DNA of 47,317 nucleotides from Octopus bimaculoides (Eukaryota), in contig NC_068982.1 of the NCBI RefSeq assembly GCF_001194135.2, forward strand, positions 163,569,392-163,616,708. The letters run 5' to 3'. Made by a program: the position numbers and the translations under genes. Position 1 is the stretch's first letter. Each line of letters opens with the position of its first letter. Shown here piece by piece: positions 35,635 to 47,317 of this stretch. The notes under the pieces were generated by a model that was not told the DNA's origin, did not search any database, and worked only from the letters and a program-made list of their open reading frames with translations.

Positions 35635-36353
35635 TGACAACAGAAACAGGTGTGCTGCTGAAGTAGATAGGTGAGAAAAGTTTTGTTCTTGACATAATAG
35701 GTGCAAGACTTCATTAGTGCAACTAACCTGATGCTGGTTATAAGCTAGGATGGAAATAGATTGTTAACTGGAATCAAAGAATACTTGTAAATGCCTTAAG
35801 CCTTCCAAAATGGCTATACCTATTTTTGTTTTTTGCAATGTGGGCATTTATTTTCCCATTTATATCTAAATTCATATTTTTATGTGTAATGTCTAAAGCT
35901 ATTTATCTAATAATCACCATACCAGTATATTGTCTATTTTGGATGTTTGTATCTTTATAATGGCTTTTCTCTTTCATTATTTTCCTTTATTTCCACAAAA
36001 CCTTGTACTATGGTTAAAAATCAGTATAATGTTTCCTTAATAATAAACCACCCCCACATGACTTTAATCATTATTTTTTCTCCAAAAGTATTTCTATATT
36101 TGAAGCACAAAAATGTAATTACTATAATTAAGTAGATACAGAAATATAAATAAGTGTTCCAAAAATTAGTAATTAGTAGAAAAGACAGGCTTTAAATACA
36201 CTAAATCAACAAAAATACATTTCAGTATAATAATTTTCCCTCAAACATTGTATTTAATAATAATGAGCCTATTGTATACAGTGCTCAAATGAACTATGCT
36301 TTGACCTTCAGAAGGCTACACTTAGCCCTTCAGAATGACCATGGGTTTCTCAC

Positions 36354-36406
36354 CTTCATCCAAGAGTGTTGGTAATTTGCATCCTAACAGTAGTCCTGCA
36401 GTGCAT
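36354..36406 (-). CDS. Candidate 53-nt exon, CTAGLLLGCKLPTLLDE (gene unidentified)
   Basis: Strong acceptor tgtttttacctcag| and donor gaag|gtgaga; one open frame (phase 2 to 1). Confidence 0.25.
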
Positions 36407-36829
36407 CTGAGGTAAAAACATGTTACTATCAATGGCCATATTTTTTGATTTGCACTGCTATAAAATGGAATGATTCTTTGCTATGCTATAAACAATGGCA
36501 GCAACATTAAAAAAAAATTACTTTCACTATTTCATATATCTATATCAAAATTTTCCATTATTTCTCAAATCATTCAAACAACAGGGGGTTTGAGAATCTG
36601 TGATTGTTGTTTATGAAATTTAAAAATTTTTTGAAATACTGAGAATAGTTTTAACACAATTCACAGAAAAATTCTGACAGGAGTCACAGTGAGAATGATT
36701 GTGTTGTAAAACAATGAATGTTTCATTAGCTTGCAGTGATAAGTCTGAGTCCTCTGGAGGGTTTTTAAAAACAGAAGCACGAACACTGTGACTTCACAGA
36801 TAATAGCATCACAACCAACATCTTTGCAG

Positions 36830-37010
36830 TTGACCTATAAGAAACAGCAGCCAAAGATCCTCAAATGCATCCTCTGTCACAAACACAAAAAAGAACATAT
36901 TAGATGTAGACAATGAAGTTTTGTGATATACTAGAAGATGAGTAAGTCACATTGGTAACACTGTCGATCATTTGTTTATTCAATCAGAGTTGGCTTAGGG
37001 TTAAATAACA
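36830..37010 (+). mobile_element. SINE family D, 3' part
   Basis: ctataagaaacagcagccaaagatcctcaaat...ggttaaataacaac. Confidence 0.55.
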
Positions 37011-37369
37011 ACAATCAACACCACCACCACCACCACCAGCACTACTGACGTCAACTCTAGCAACATTAGCAGTACTACCCATGAAGTGACTTGAATATTA
37101 AGGAATCCATGAAAAAGAAAAATTCTGAAAAAGTTTTAAGGAACTTGAAAAAATAAAATAAATGAAAAAATAAAATTGAAGCTGGAAACCCAAATGTATA
37201 GAACTTTAAATGGAATAAAAGTTTTTAAGAATTCCTACATTGTATATCAACAGGAAAGCTGCATTCCGTTATCTTCTCCACCTTTCTATGTACCTGCTTA
37301 CTCATCTACACACCCATCTGGTTTCCTTCACATGTTCCTATTTGTCAGTCTATATTAGTTACCAGGCTA

Positions 37370-37760
37370 CATGTGTTTAATCAAATACACACTGCTACCA
37401 CTCAACCTACTTGTCCATCATTCGACTTAAATCATGTTTCTGTCTGTCTACCTGTCACTCTTTCTTTTAATCAATTTATCTACCTATCCATGTATCAATT
37501 CATTATTGTTTCCACATATTCTACTGTTCATTTATCTATCTGCCTGTTCATCAATTATGTATCCATCTATCTATCTATTTACCTATTTAGAATCTATCTA
37601 CCTGTTATTTATCTATGCATTGATCTGTCAACCTGTGAACCTACATTTCTTATTACCCGTTTAACCATCTATCTAACTACCTAACATACCCTCTCTGCCA
37701 CCTTTATTACAGTCCATTCACGTCTGCCATCCTCTATGTCTGTGAATCTATCTGTTTACT
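37370..37760. repeat. Degenerate (TCTA/TCCA/CCTA)n tetranucleotide array
   Basis: Direct reading. Confidence 0.75.
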
Positions 37761-37980
37761 TATGGATAGCATTTTGAAGCTGGATTAATTCACTGGCAAT
37801 AAAGTAAGTATAATTAAATCAAAGAACATAATTGGCAGTTTCTTAATAGAAAGAAATTAGAAAGAAAAATGTAATTTATACAAATGTAATTTACATAAAT
37901 ATGCTTTGGTATGAGTGTGTGTATGTATGTGTGTACCTGTGTATGTAGGTGTGCATGCACAGACACACAGATATATATAT

Positions 37981-38194
37981 TTGTTTCAAATTTTGGTAAA
38001 AGGCCAGCAATTTTGAGGAGAGGATAAGTTGATTACAGTAACCCCAGTGCTCAACTGGTACTTATTTAATTGACCCCGGGGGGATGAAAGACAAAGTTGA
38101 CTTCAGTGGGATTTGAACTCAGAAGGTAAAGGTGGATGAGATGCCACTAAGCATTTTGCCCAGCATGCAAATAATTCTGCCAGCTCACACCCTT
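37981..38194 (-). mobile_element. tRNA-SINE (family C)
   Basis: ggtacttatttaattgacccc..gatgaaagacaaagttgac..gatttgaactcagaa..ttctgccagctcac. Confidence 0.85.
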
Positions 38195-38739
38195 AAATAG
38201 ATATGTATATATCATGATATAGATATATGTGTTTATGGGTGTGTCTGTATATAATAATATCCAATATAAATGATGGTTGGTTCATTACTCCAGTCATACT
38301 TTATCTTGTATAAAGAGAGGGGGAGGAAAAGTAGAACAGAGATACAGTGAGAGTTATCAAAAGATGAGTGCACATGAGGTTTGGTGACAGGCGATGAGTA
38401 AAGGAGTACTACATACACAACATGCATAAGCACGTGTGCACGTGCACACACATACACACACACGGAGTGAGAGAGACAGGAGAAGAGGGAGTAAATAACA
38501 GTAATTTTGGGAGAAGTAGAATTGAGAAATTTGTTTTATTTAATTTAATTTTAGGATAATAGATATTTTTCTTTTGAAAATTAGTATTCATTTCATCATT
38601 TTCTATAAGCCACAAAGAAATATGATAAAGGTTAAATTATAATTATTCTATGTATTCTATAATTTCTGATATTTACAATGGAGGTTAAAGTACACTTCCA
38701 AAGTTACCATTATATGACAGATAACACTATAGTACACAT

Positions 38740-38841
38740 ACAAGTGTGTGTGTGTGTGTGTATGCATTTATATATGGCCACAGCCTTATGGCTGAGACAT
38801 AAAAAAGTAAAAGAATAAATATAGGGATATGTGTATATGAG

Positions 38842-38875
<34 letters not shown>

Positions 38876-38931
38876 TATATACTTATACACACACATGTAT
38901 ATATAAGTGTATGTAGATACATGTATTCGTA

Positions 38932-38973
<42 letters not shown>

Positions 38974-40967
38974 CACACACATATGTATGTGTATATATAC
39001 ACACAAATATAAGGACAAACATGGCTGTTACACACACACACGCATGCAGGCATGCTTATATGCATATACACATGCATGCACACACCTATATATACAGAGC
39101 CCAAAAAATGTGCAGACTATGAGTGTGTATATGTATGTATCAGTGATGACTCCTGCTATGCAAGCAAACACATGCAATTTTAAAAATCAAATTTATCTCA
39201 TTGAAGTACCCTCTTTCCTGCTGTCTTTCATAAAAATGAGAAATTTATATTAAAATCCGATTTGTTATTTGCATTCACTTATACATCACAGGCATGCATT
39301 GCATGCAGGAAAAAACCACAGCTGTATGTGTGTATGGATAAGTAAATGTGTCTATGAATGTGTGTGCGTGTGTGATTTATGTATATTTTATTTATTATAT
39401 ATNNNNNNNNNNNNNNNNNNNNNNNNNNNNNNNNNNNNNNNNNNNNNNNNNNNNNNNNNNNNNNNNNNNNNNNNNNNNNNNNNNNNNNNNNNNNNNNNNN
39501 NNNNNNNNNNNNNNNNNNNNNNNNNNNNNNNNNNNNNNNNNNNNNNNNNNNNNNNNNNNNNNNNNNNNNNNNNNNNNNNNNNNNNNNNNNNNNNNNNNNN
39601 NNNNNNNNNNNNNNNNNNNNNNNNNNNNNNNNNNNNNNNNNNNNNNNNNNNNNNNNNNNNNNNNNNNNNNNNNNNNNNNNNNNNNNNNNNNNNNNNNNNN
39701 NNNNNNNNNNNNNNNNNNNNNNNNNNNNNNNNNNNNNNNNNNNNNNNNNNNNNNNNNNNNNNNNNNNNNNNNNNNNNNNNNNNNNNNNNNNNNNNNNNNN
39801 NNNNNNNNNNNNNNNNNNNNNNNNNNNNNNNNNNNNNNNNNNNNNNNNNNNNNNNNNNNNNNNNNNNNNNNNNNNNNNNNNNNNNNNNNNNNNNNNNNNN
39901 NNNNNNNNNNNNNNNNNNNNNNNNNNNNNNNNNNNNNNNNNNNNNNNNNNNNNNNNNNNNNNNNNNNNNNNNNNNNNNNNNNNNNNNNNNNNNNNNNNNN
40001 NNNNNNNNNNNNNNNTCCTACAAACAATAGAGATTGCTTTATTGTTTTGGTCTCAGACAGTCATTCACATATGAACACAAGACAAATCAATAGCTTTGAC
40101 ACACAACACACACATGCACAACATGCACACACATACACACACACACAAGCATATATATATTCACACATGAATCATCTTATTGTATAAATGCACAGCCACT
40201 TGCACATATATGCTTATGCTGTCCCTTGCACATGCAAACACATCTCCATGTAATATTCACATTATAGTTGACTGTCAGGTGCTTTCCACAAATAAATAGT
40301 CTGACATAACACACACACACACACAGACACACACACACACATTATAATGCACTAACACTGGCAGTCAAACACTAATACACACACACACACACGTACAGAG
40401 TACAAAAAATAAAAATGTAGCACAAAAGAAAAAATAAAACAAACAAACAAAAAAGACTTGCAATAAATTACAGGAAGCTATCTATGAATGATTTTTTACA
40501 GATGAAGCAACAAATTTGTGTATGTGTGTGCATTTTGGAATGGGTGCATACATTTGCATATACACATGCATCGCTGTTATTTCCTATGACTGGATGATGC
40601 ATTTTTATTAATTCAACTTCTACTTTTTACAGATCATGATTTTCTTCCTTTTTTATATTTTGTTTTTTTCTTCTTTTATTTCACTTTAATAATTGTGAAT
40701 GAATTGCAAAGTGGGACGATAAAATTGCAATGAAATATACAAACACACACGCATAAATATATGCTTGCAAATATATATGCACATACAATGCATGTGTGCC
40801 TGAGTATATTGTGTGTGTGTGTGTGTTTGTATATATATATATATGTATACATGTATGTATGTATATATATATACATATACATATATATATGTACACACAT
40901 GCATATATATATACACATGCATACATATACATATATATATATATATACATACATATATATATATCTG

Positions 40968-41033
<66 letters not shown>

Positions 41034-41740
41034 NNNNNNNNNNNNNNNNNNNNNNNNNNNNNNNNNNNNNNNNNNNNNNNNNNNNNNNNNNNNNNNNNNN
41101 NNNNNNNNNNNNNNNNNNNNNNNNNNNNNNNNNNNNNNNNNNNNNNNNNNNNNNNNNNNNNNNNNNNNNNNNNNNNNNNNNNNNNNNNNNNNNNNNNNNN
41201 NNNNNNNNNNNNNNNNNNNNNNNNNNNNNNNNNNNNNNNNNNNNNNNNNNNNNNNNNNNNNNNNNNNNNNNNNNNNNNNNNNNNNNNNNNNNNNNNNNNN
41301 NNNNNNNNNNNNNNNNNNNNNNNNNNNNNNNNNNNNNNNNNNNNNNNNNNNNNNNNNNNNNNNNNNNNNNNNNNNNNNNNNNNNNNNNNNNNNNNNNNNN
41401 NNNNNNNNNNNNNNNNNNNNNNNNNNNNNNNNNNNNNNNNNNNNNNNNNNNNNNNNNNNNNNNNNNNNNNNNNNNNNNNNNNNNNNNNNNNNNNNNNNNN
41501 NNNNNNNNNNNNNNNNNNNNNNNNNNNNNNNNNNNNNNNNNNNNNNNNNNNNNNNNNNNNNNNNNNNNNNNNNNNNNNNNNNNNNNNNNNNNNNNNNNNN
41601 NNNNNNNNNNNNNNNNNNNNNNNNNNNNNNNNNNNNNNNNNNNNNNNNNNNNNNNNNNNNNNNNNNNNNNNNNNNNNNNNNNNNNNNNNNNNNNNNNNNN
41701 NNNNNNNNNNNNNNNNNNNNNNNNNNNNNNNNNNNNNNNN

Positions 41741-41788
<48 letters not shown>

Positions 41789-41997
41789 TATACATGCACA
41801 TATGCACATAAACATATACAAACATGTGTATACATATATACATACTACACACATACATACATACGTACATACATACAAACATACATACATAAATACATAC
41901 ATACATACATACATATGTATATATATGCATATAAGTTTAATAAAGATGGACTGTTCAGTATTCATGCTGTGTTGGTGCATAGATGATTGATATATAC

Positions 41998-42077
<80 letters not shown>

Positions 42078-42105
42078 GTCCAACATAGACATACACACAA
42101 GCACA
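38740..42105. repeat. Compound (TA)n/(CA)n/(CATA)n low-complexity zone containing two gaps
   Basis: Direct reading; N runs at 39403-40015 and 41034-41740. Confidence 0.85.
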
Positions 42106-42530
42106 CACTATCTTATATATTAATGGAAATTAAATCTTTTTATGATACGAAATCTATATATAGTAGAATACAAAGTGGGTTAGTGAGCGGAGGAGATGGA
42201 AAAATTGACTGTTGTGCATATGTGTGTGTGTATGTGTGTGTCTCATCTGTCTCAGCTCCCCCTCTCTCTTTTTCTCTTTCTCTCTCACACATACGCACAC
42301 AATTTCTCTTTCATGCTCTCCAATATTTATTTAAGTATCTATCTTGTACCATGCCTTTACATCTTTTTTTTTTCTTTACACTTACTATAGACACATATAC
42401 TTGTATTCATAGCCAAGTGGTGTAAGAAATTAGCTTGCTGAAGTTAAGCAGAAAGAAATCAAACTGAATATTAGATAAATGACCGTCTGCAGTTCTCCAT
42501 AGATTGAGTTATAGAGTTATAGAGTTAAAA

Positions 42531-42843
42531 TGGCCAAGTGAATAAGGCATTGATTGCACTGCTGGAGTGAAGATCAGTTAGGAGTTCAAGTCCATTTCAG
42601 ATGTTGCATTGTAATTGCGTCTCGGAGCTGGACACAATGAGGAAGTCATTTGATGGCTGCTAGGTCTGCTAAAAATAGTAACCAAATCACATCTTACAGT
42701 CTTAAGAAATTCAGGAACTACTGGATAATGTAGTTTTAGATAAACTGTTTGAATAAAAGATGGAATAGTCATAGCTTGAATACTTTGATAATATGTCTGC
42801 TTGGTCACTGATGACCAGGAACAAAACAACAACAACAACAACA
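42531..42843 (+). mobile_element. tRNA-derived SINE family D, near full length
   Basis: tggccaagtgaataaggc A-box-like, ggagttcaagtcc B-box, body ctgctaaaaatagtaacc, (CAA)n tail. Confidence 0.7.
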
Positions 42844-43214
42844 TTAGTGGCAGACTTTAAAAAGGAAAATTTACCTGTGACAGATTAACATTTTAGTGAG
42901 AGGAGTTTTTAGTTAATGCCAAAGAAATCATGATTCAGCAGCTGACCCTAACAATCTTTCAAACTCCAAGAAACCGTCATTTGACTGTGGCCATAAGATT
43001 CTGAAATGCACCCTCAAAGTACCATTCTTTCTTTAATTCAAATACTGGTTTCAGTTATTAGACAGCCATGCTGTGGTACTACCTTTCTTCTACATATTTT
43101 TTTTAAAGACACCATCTTGTTATTTAGATACAGACTAGTTTGCCACACCTGCTTGGGTACTCAGTCAAAATAAATACCTTGAAAGACTTTGTATAATGCT
43201 CTAACAATTCAACC

Positions 43215-43315
43215 AATCTGTTCCCTTGAACTGATGCTTAATCTCATCAACCTCAGAAAAGTAAAAGGCAAAATTGGCCTCAATGGAATTTGAACTCAGA
43301 ATATAAAGGAAAGCA
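43215..43315 (-). mobile_element. Degenerate tRNA-SINE (family C)
   Basis: aaaaggcaaaattggcctcaatggaatttgaactcagaa. Confidence 0.6.
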
Positions 43316-44749
43316 ATGGACTTGACAAGCGCATAGTATTTGTGAAGTTAGTCACCAACAGTTGTTTATGATCTGATAGTGAAGAAAGAAAGACATAATA
43401 TAAGAGGTATTGGATTGCTATTTTTTGCAGATTGAGTAACTGTATGGAGGTTCCTTTATTGACTGGGGTTCAAACATGTATAAGTTATTGATGTTTTGGA
43501 ATGATAGTGTTGTTGGGGATTGAATTTCAGAGAGGCACATCAAATAATTTAAAACCTGAGAATGGGTAGTACAGGACTAGTACAGCTATCACTTGCAAAT
43601 TGGTATGGCTTGGTAACATGTACCATGCTTTTGCTAACTGGTTTAGATGCATATGTAGATGTAAGCAGACAGACATCCTTGTTTTTTGCCCCTTCACCTA
43701 TGAGAGATGCAACAAACCATTGGATCCAGGTATTGAAACCACAACCTTATAACCATGAGTTGAACATCTTAACCACTAGGCTATATATGCCTTTATGATA
43801 TAAACCTAATAGGGTACCTTTATGCAGTTTAACAATTGACAGTGTCAATCCTTTTCCCTATCAAGAGTATGGATGAAAGAATGAATAGAAAAATTGAAAG
43901 TCTGAAAGGGTAACATCTGGAAAATGCCTAACTGTAAGCTATAATTATGCACAGCAGTCATAGTTTGGTTAAAAGAAGGAGGAGAGAAGTGAATTTACCT
44001 CAAAGATGTGAAGCAAAACATTAATAAAGTAACTGTATAGACATAAAATACTTAGAATATTCACTCTTTTATTATTGCTAATAACAATGCTGATGTATTC
44101 ACATAAAAAAAAAGTGAGTGAAATGATGAAGAGAAAAAAATGACATTTTGTGTGGTTTAATGGGAGGGTTTTCCTATAACTAAAAAGTAATGTGTCAGCA
44201 AGGTCAGATATAACAAGTTTGAACAAATAGCATTGTGCTCTATTGCATTGGAACCTCCTTCCATATATACATATGACAACAATGCAATTCTTGTATGAGA
44301 ACAGCCAAGAGGAATAAATCTTAAAACATGTAAAGGAAATACTTACAAAATAGCAGAGATTTGGATTAGTCAACTCATTTAGCTTTCATAATAGCAATAA
44401 TGATGCAAAGATATGTTGAGGTATTCAAATACAATGAAGTGCTGAAAACGGAACATCTTGTTGTGTCAGCATGTCTGTATCTATGCATGCATGGTTCCTG
44501 CTAGCAATAATAATATATCAAGTCACCGAGTGAGACCAATTTTTAAAGATGTATCATTGTAATGAGACTTAGCTTTCACTAGTTTCATGAAACCACTTTG
44601 AAAAATATATTATCTCATCTAGGGTAATATTTTCAAATAATCTGGCACTTTGTTGCTGCAAATGAGTGAACTGAAACATATTGAATTAAATGAACTGCTT
44701 AAAATAAACAAGGCAATAATGAACCAATGAGCGAATCTCTACATGGTGA

Positions 44750-44985
44750 CTTTCCCTACAAGATATAGTAGCCAAATTTCCTCATACTCTGCTATCTTTA
44801 TAAAGGAACAAGTACATTGGTAAATGTAAAGCTAGATATACAAAAAAATGGGATGGTCATAGATGGAATACTTTTATAATAATTCTGATCCATCACTGAC
44901 CTGAAGCTAAACAAGATCAATGAAATAATTGCAATGAGTTTGAACAAAAGACCAACAAGCTGGTAGTACCACTTAACACACAATA
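44750..44985 (+). mobile_element. SINE family D, 3' part
   Basis: gatatagtagccaaatttc..gggatggtcatagatggaatac. Confidence 0.5.
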
Positions 44986-45023
44986 ACTACTTAACCATGC
45001 CATTCCAACTACAATTAATATAT

Positions 45024-45242
45024 TTAACTCTTTAGCACTCAGACTTCTTTGTCAAATATAATGCTTATTAATTCACATAGTTTTGAATTAATCATGCATT
45101 ATCTTGTAGCTTCAATAATGTGTCTGTATATTTTAAAAATGACATTGTAGGGTAGCTGTGAGAGATTGGATCTGGTCAGTTTAAACATAAAACATGCAGA
45201 ATATTTGGGCCGAATACAACCAGATTAATGTTAAAGGGTTAA
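45024..45242 (+). mobile_element. piggyBac-type MITE with TTAA TSD
   Basis: TTAA-ctctttagca...tgttaaaggg-TTAA. Confidence 0.85.
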
Positions 45243-45934
45243 GATCTAGTCAACTATGATTCATCTATTATAACAACTAACTTCATATCAACTAAAGAAA
45301 TTGGCATTAACATGGAAGAATGGACAACATATTTGATTATCTTTGATTTCTATTTTTTTAAAAATTCTCTAACATTAAATACATTGTTAATAAAAAACTT
45401 AATAATTTTATGAGCTATTTTTAAAGAATATGAAAGAGTGCTATGGTATTATGGCAAAACTGAAATGTAAATTTCACAGCACTCCAAAATATTGCAAACC
45501 ACACCAAAATTGAAGATGCATTTCATATTGATAATTAGATTTGACACCTGTCCTTCAATGTAAGGGTGATGAATAGATAGAAATGGTTACAGAAATGGTT
45601 ACTTGATACTTTATAACTTTCAGTTTTGTTTCTGTAATGTTCTGAGTTCAAACTCAACTACAATCTTTGTATTTTATTTCTTCAGTCACAATATATTACT
45701 AGTATGTTTTTATTAGTTCTGGAAAATATTGGGACTGAGTTTAATTGATTAATTTCTTTACCAAAATGACCTTACTGGTTATATGCAAAGATAATATTTA
45801 CATAAAATAGAACTAACTTCTAACACACTGAATGATGGAAAATTTTTTAGAAATGTGCATCACGAGTTATTTTGAAGTAATCAACTTATAAATACTAGTG
45901 ATAGTCTTACAAACCTTTATCACTCTAGAAACAA

Positions 45935-46135
45935 CATATTTCAAATGAACCTGTTGGAAATAGTAACAAAATATTCTTCAAATCATACTGTATTGTCTTA
46001 AATAAAGAAGATACAGTAATATAGTACGAGGGACACAAAAAGATGGGATGTTCATGACTAGAACATGTTTGATTACAGGTCTATTCAATCAGTGATAATC
46101 TAGGGGCAAAACATTACCACTGCCAACAGCAACAA
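45935..46135 (+). mobile_element. SINE family D, 3' part
   Basis: ggaaatagtaacaaaatattcttcaaatcatac..gatgggatgttcatgactag..ggggcaaaac. Confidence 0.5.
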
Positions 46136-46149
46136 CTAAAGAAATTTAT

Positions 46150-46366
46150 TTAACTCTCTAGCATTCAAGTAACTTTGTCTAGTGTAATGTTTATTTATTC
46201 ACATTGTGTTGAATTAATCATACATTATCTTGTAGCTTTGAGATTTCGATGAGGTAACTGTTAAATATTTAGAATGACATTGTAGGGTAGGTGTGACAAG
46301 AGAGTTTCAACATAAAAGGTTGAATATTTGGGCCGAATATAACTGGTTTATATACTAAAAGGTTAA
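46150..46366 (+). mobile_element. piggyBac-type MITE with TTAA TSD
   Basis: TTAA-ctctctagca...tactaaaagg-TTAA; homologous to 45024-45242. Confidence 0.85.
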
Positions 46367-46609
46367 ATAAAAAGCCCTATAATTAATTACTTTAATTACC
46401 ATGAATATAAGACCTGTAATTAATTACCATATACATTTGTCTACAGTAGTTTACCATTATATCTTTTCAGAATTGTAACTCCACAAAATATTTGTAGCAT
46501 TGAGAAAGGAAGAGAGACAGTCAACCAAATCAACTTTAATAAATGATGAGTAAATTTCTAATCTGCACAGCATTCTTACAAAAGCACAATGTTTTGTAGA
46601 GAAGGGAAG

Positions 46610-46730
46610 TGGTGTAGACAATCAAACCAATTTAATAGATTATTACATTTTATCATACTTTAAGAAAGATGAAAGGTAAGGCTGGCTAGAGCAGGATTTG
46701 AATTCCGGATCCAGAGACAGAAATCATATT
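46610..46730 (-). mobile_element. Degenerate tRNA-SINE (family C)
   Basis: aaagatgaaagg..ggatttgaattcc. Confidence 0.45.
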
Positions 46731-47029
46731 GTGTATTGAACTGAGTAATGGTAATCTATTCCACAGAAGTCCAAATACATACAAACTGATTTCCTACATG
46801 AACACAATAAGAGGAATGGAATAAAATTAATCAAATCTAGAAAAAAACATTTGTTTAACATCCATTTAACATGGATTGCATGAGGATGGATTTGAAGAAG
46901 GATTTTATGGCTGTGTGTGCATGCATGCATGAATATTGGCATCCCATACCTTTGCTTGAGTGAAACAATGACATACTGACATCCCTTGATGACATTATGG
47001 CCAGTTGCTATTCCCTTTCAAAAAAACAA

Positions 47030-47160
47030 AGGACTTCACAACCACTTGTATTTGGGTACAGTCCCATTGCATGCCACCTTGGATAAGTGTCTCCTACTGT
47101 AGTCCCAAACCAACCAAAGCCTTGTGAGTGAATATGACAGGCAAAAAACTAAGGGTGGCA
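47030..47160 (+). mobile_element. CORE-like SINE head (family B)
   Basis: cacaaccac..cagtcccattgcatgccaccttggataagtgtctcctactgtag..ccaaagccttgtgagtg. Confidence 0.7.
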
Positions 47161-47270
47161 CATTGTATACGTGTGTGCACATGTGTGTGTGATATATAAG
47201 TGATTTTAGAGAGATGAGAATATGATGAATCTTAAAATGATTCATATCTAGTTATATACATATGTATATG

Positions 47271-47317
<47 letters not shown>

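Noticed and set aside
39269-42106. Long ORFs of 200-476 aa in the track (also 9946-12233 and 27628-28718)
   Set aside because: They consist of N-gaps and (TA)/(CA)/(GA) repeats.
44400-44440. QRYVEVFK resembling a qRRM motif
   Set aside because: Eight residues only, with no supporting RRM context or acceptor.

Overview
AT-rich, repeat-dense eukaryotic draft scaffold with 6 N-gaps (~3.0 kb in total). The SINE, MITE and mariner families match those I recall from Octopus genomes; this is inference, no database was run. The window looks intronic or intergenic. It holds about 25 SINE copies in roughly 4 families, a deleted mariner and a lone mariner TIR, three piggyBac-type TTAA MITEs, a TA-flanked foldback MITE, a 5'-truncated R4/Dong-like retroelement, several Penelope-like remnants, microsatellites and three minisatellites. 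No protein-coding gene, tRNA or rRNA can be called with confidence. Almost all long ORFs in the supplied track are microsatellite or N-gap artefacts. Several short splice-bounded segments on both strands are candidate exons of an unidentified gene, but I cannot determine the strand. The best leads are: a hammerhead-ribozyme-like motif (22948-22998); a 116-bp palindrome (1569-1684); a ~1-kb nested inverted-repeat structure that could be an ADAR substrate (18711-19782); a G-U-closed hairpin over a candidate splice donor (12387-12425); and a 134-aa ORF with class A GPCR TM1-TM3 spacing (43969-44373). I found no clear evidence of a new biological system.
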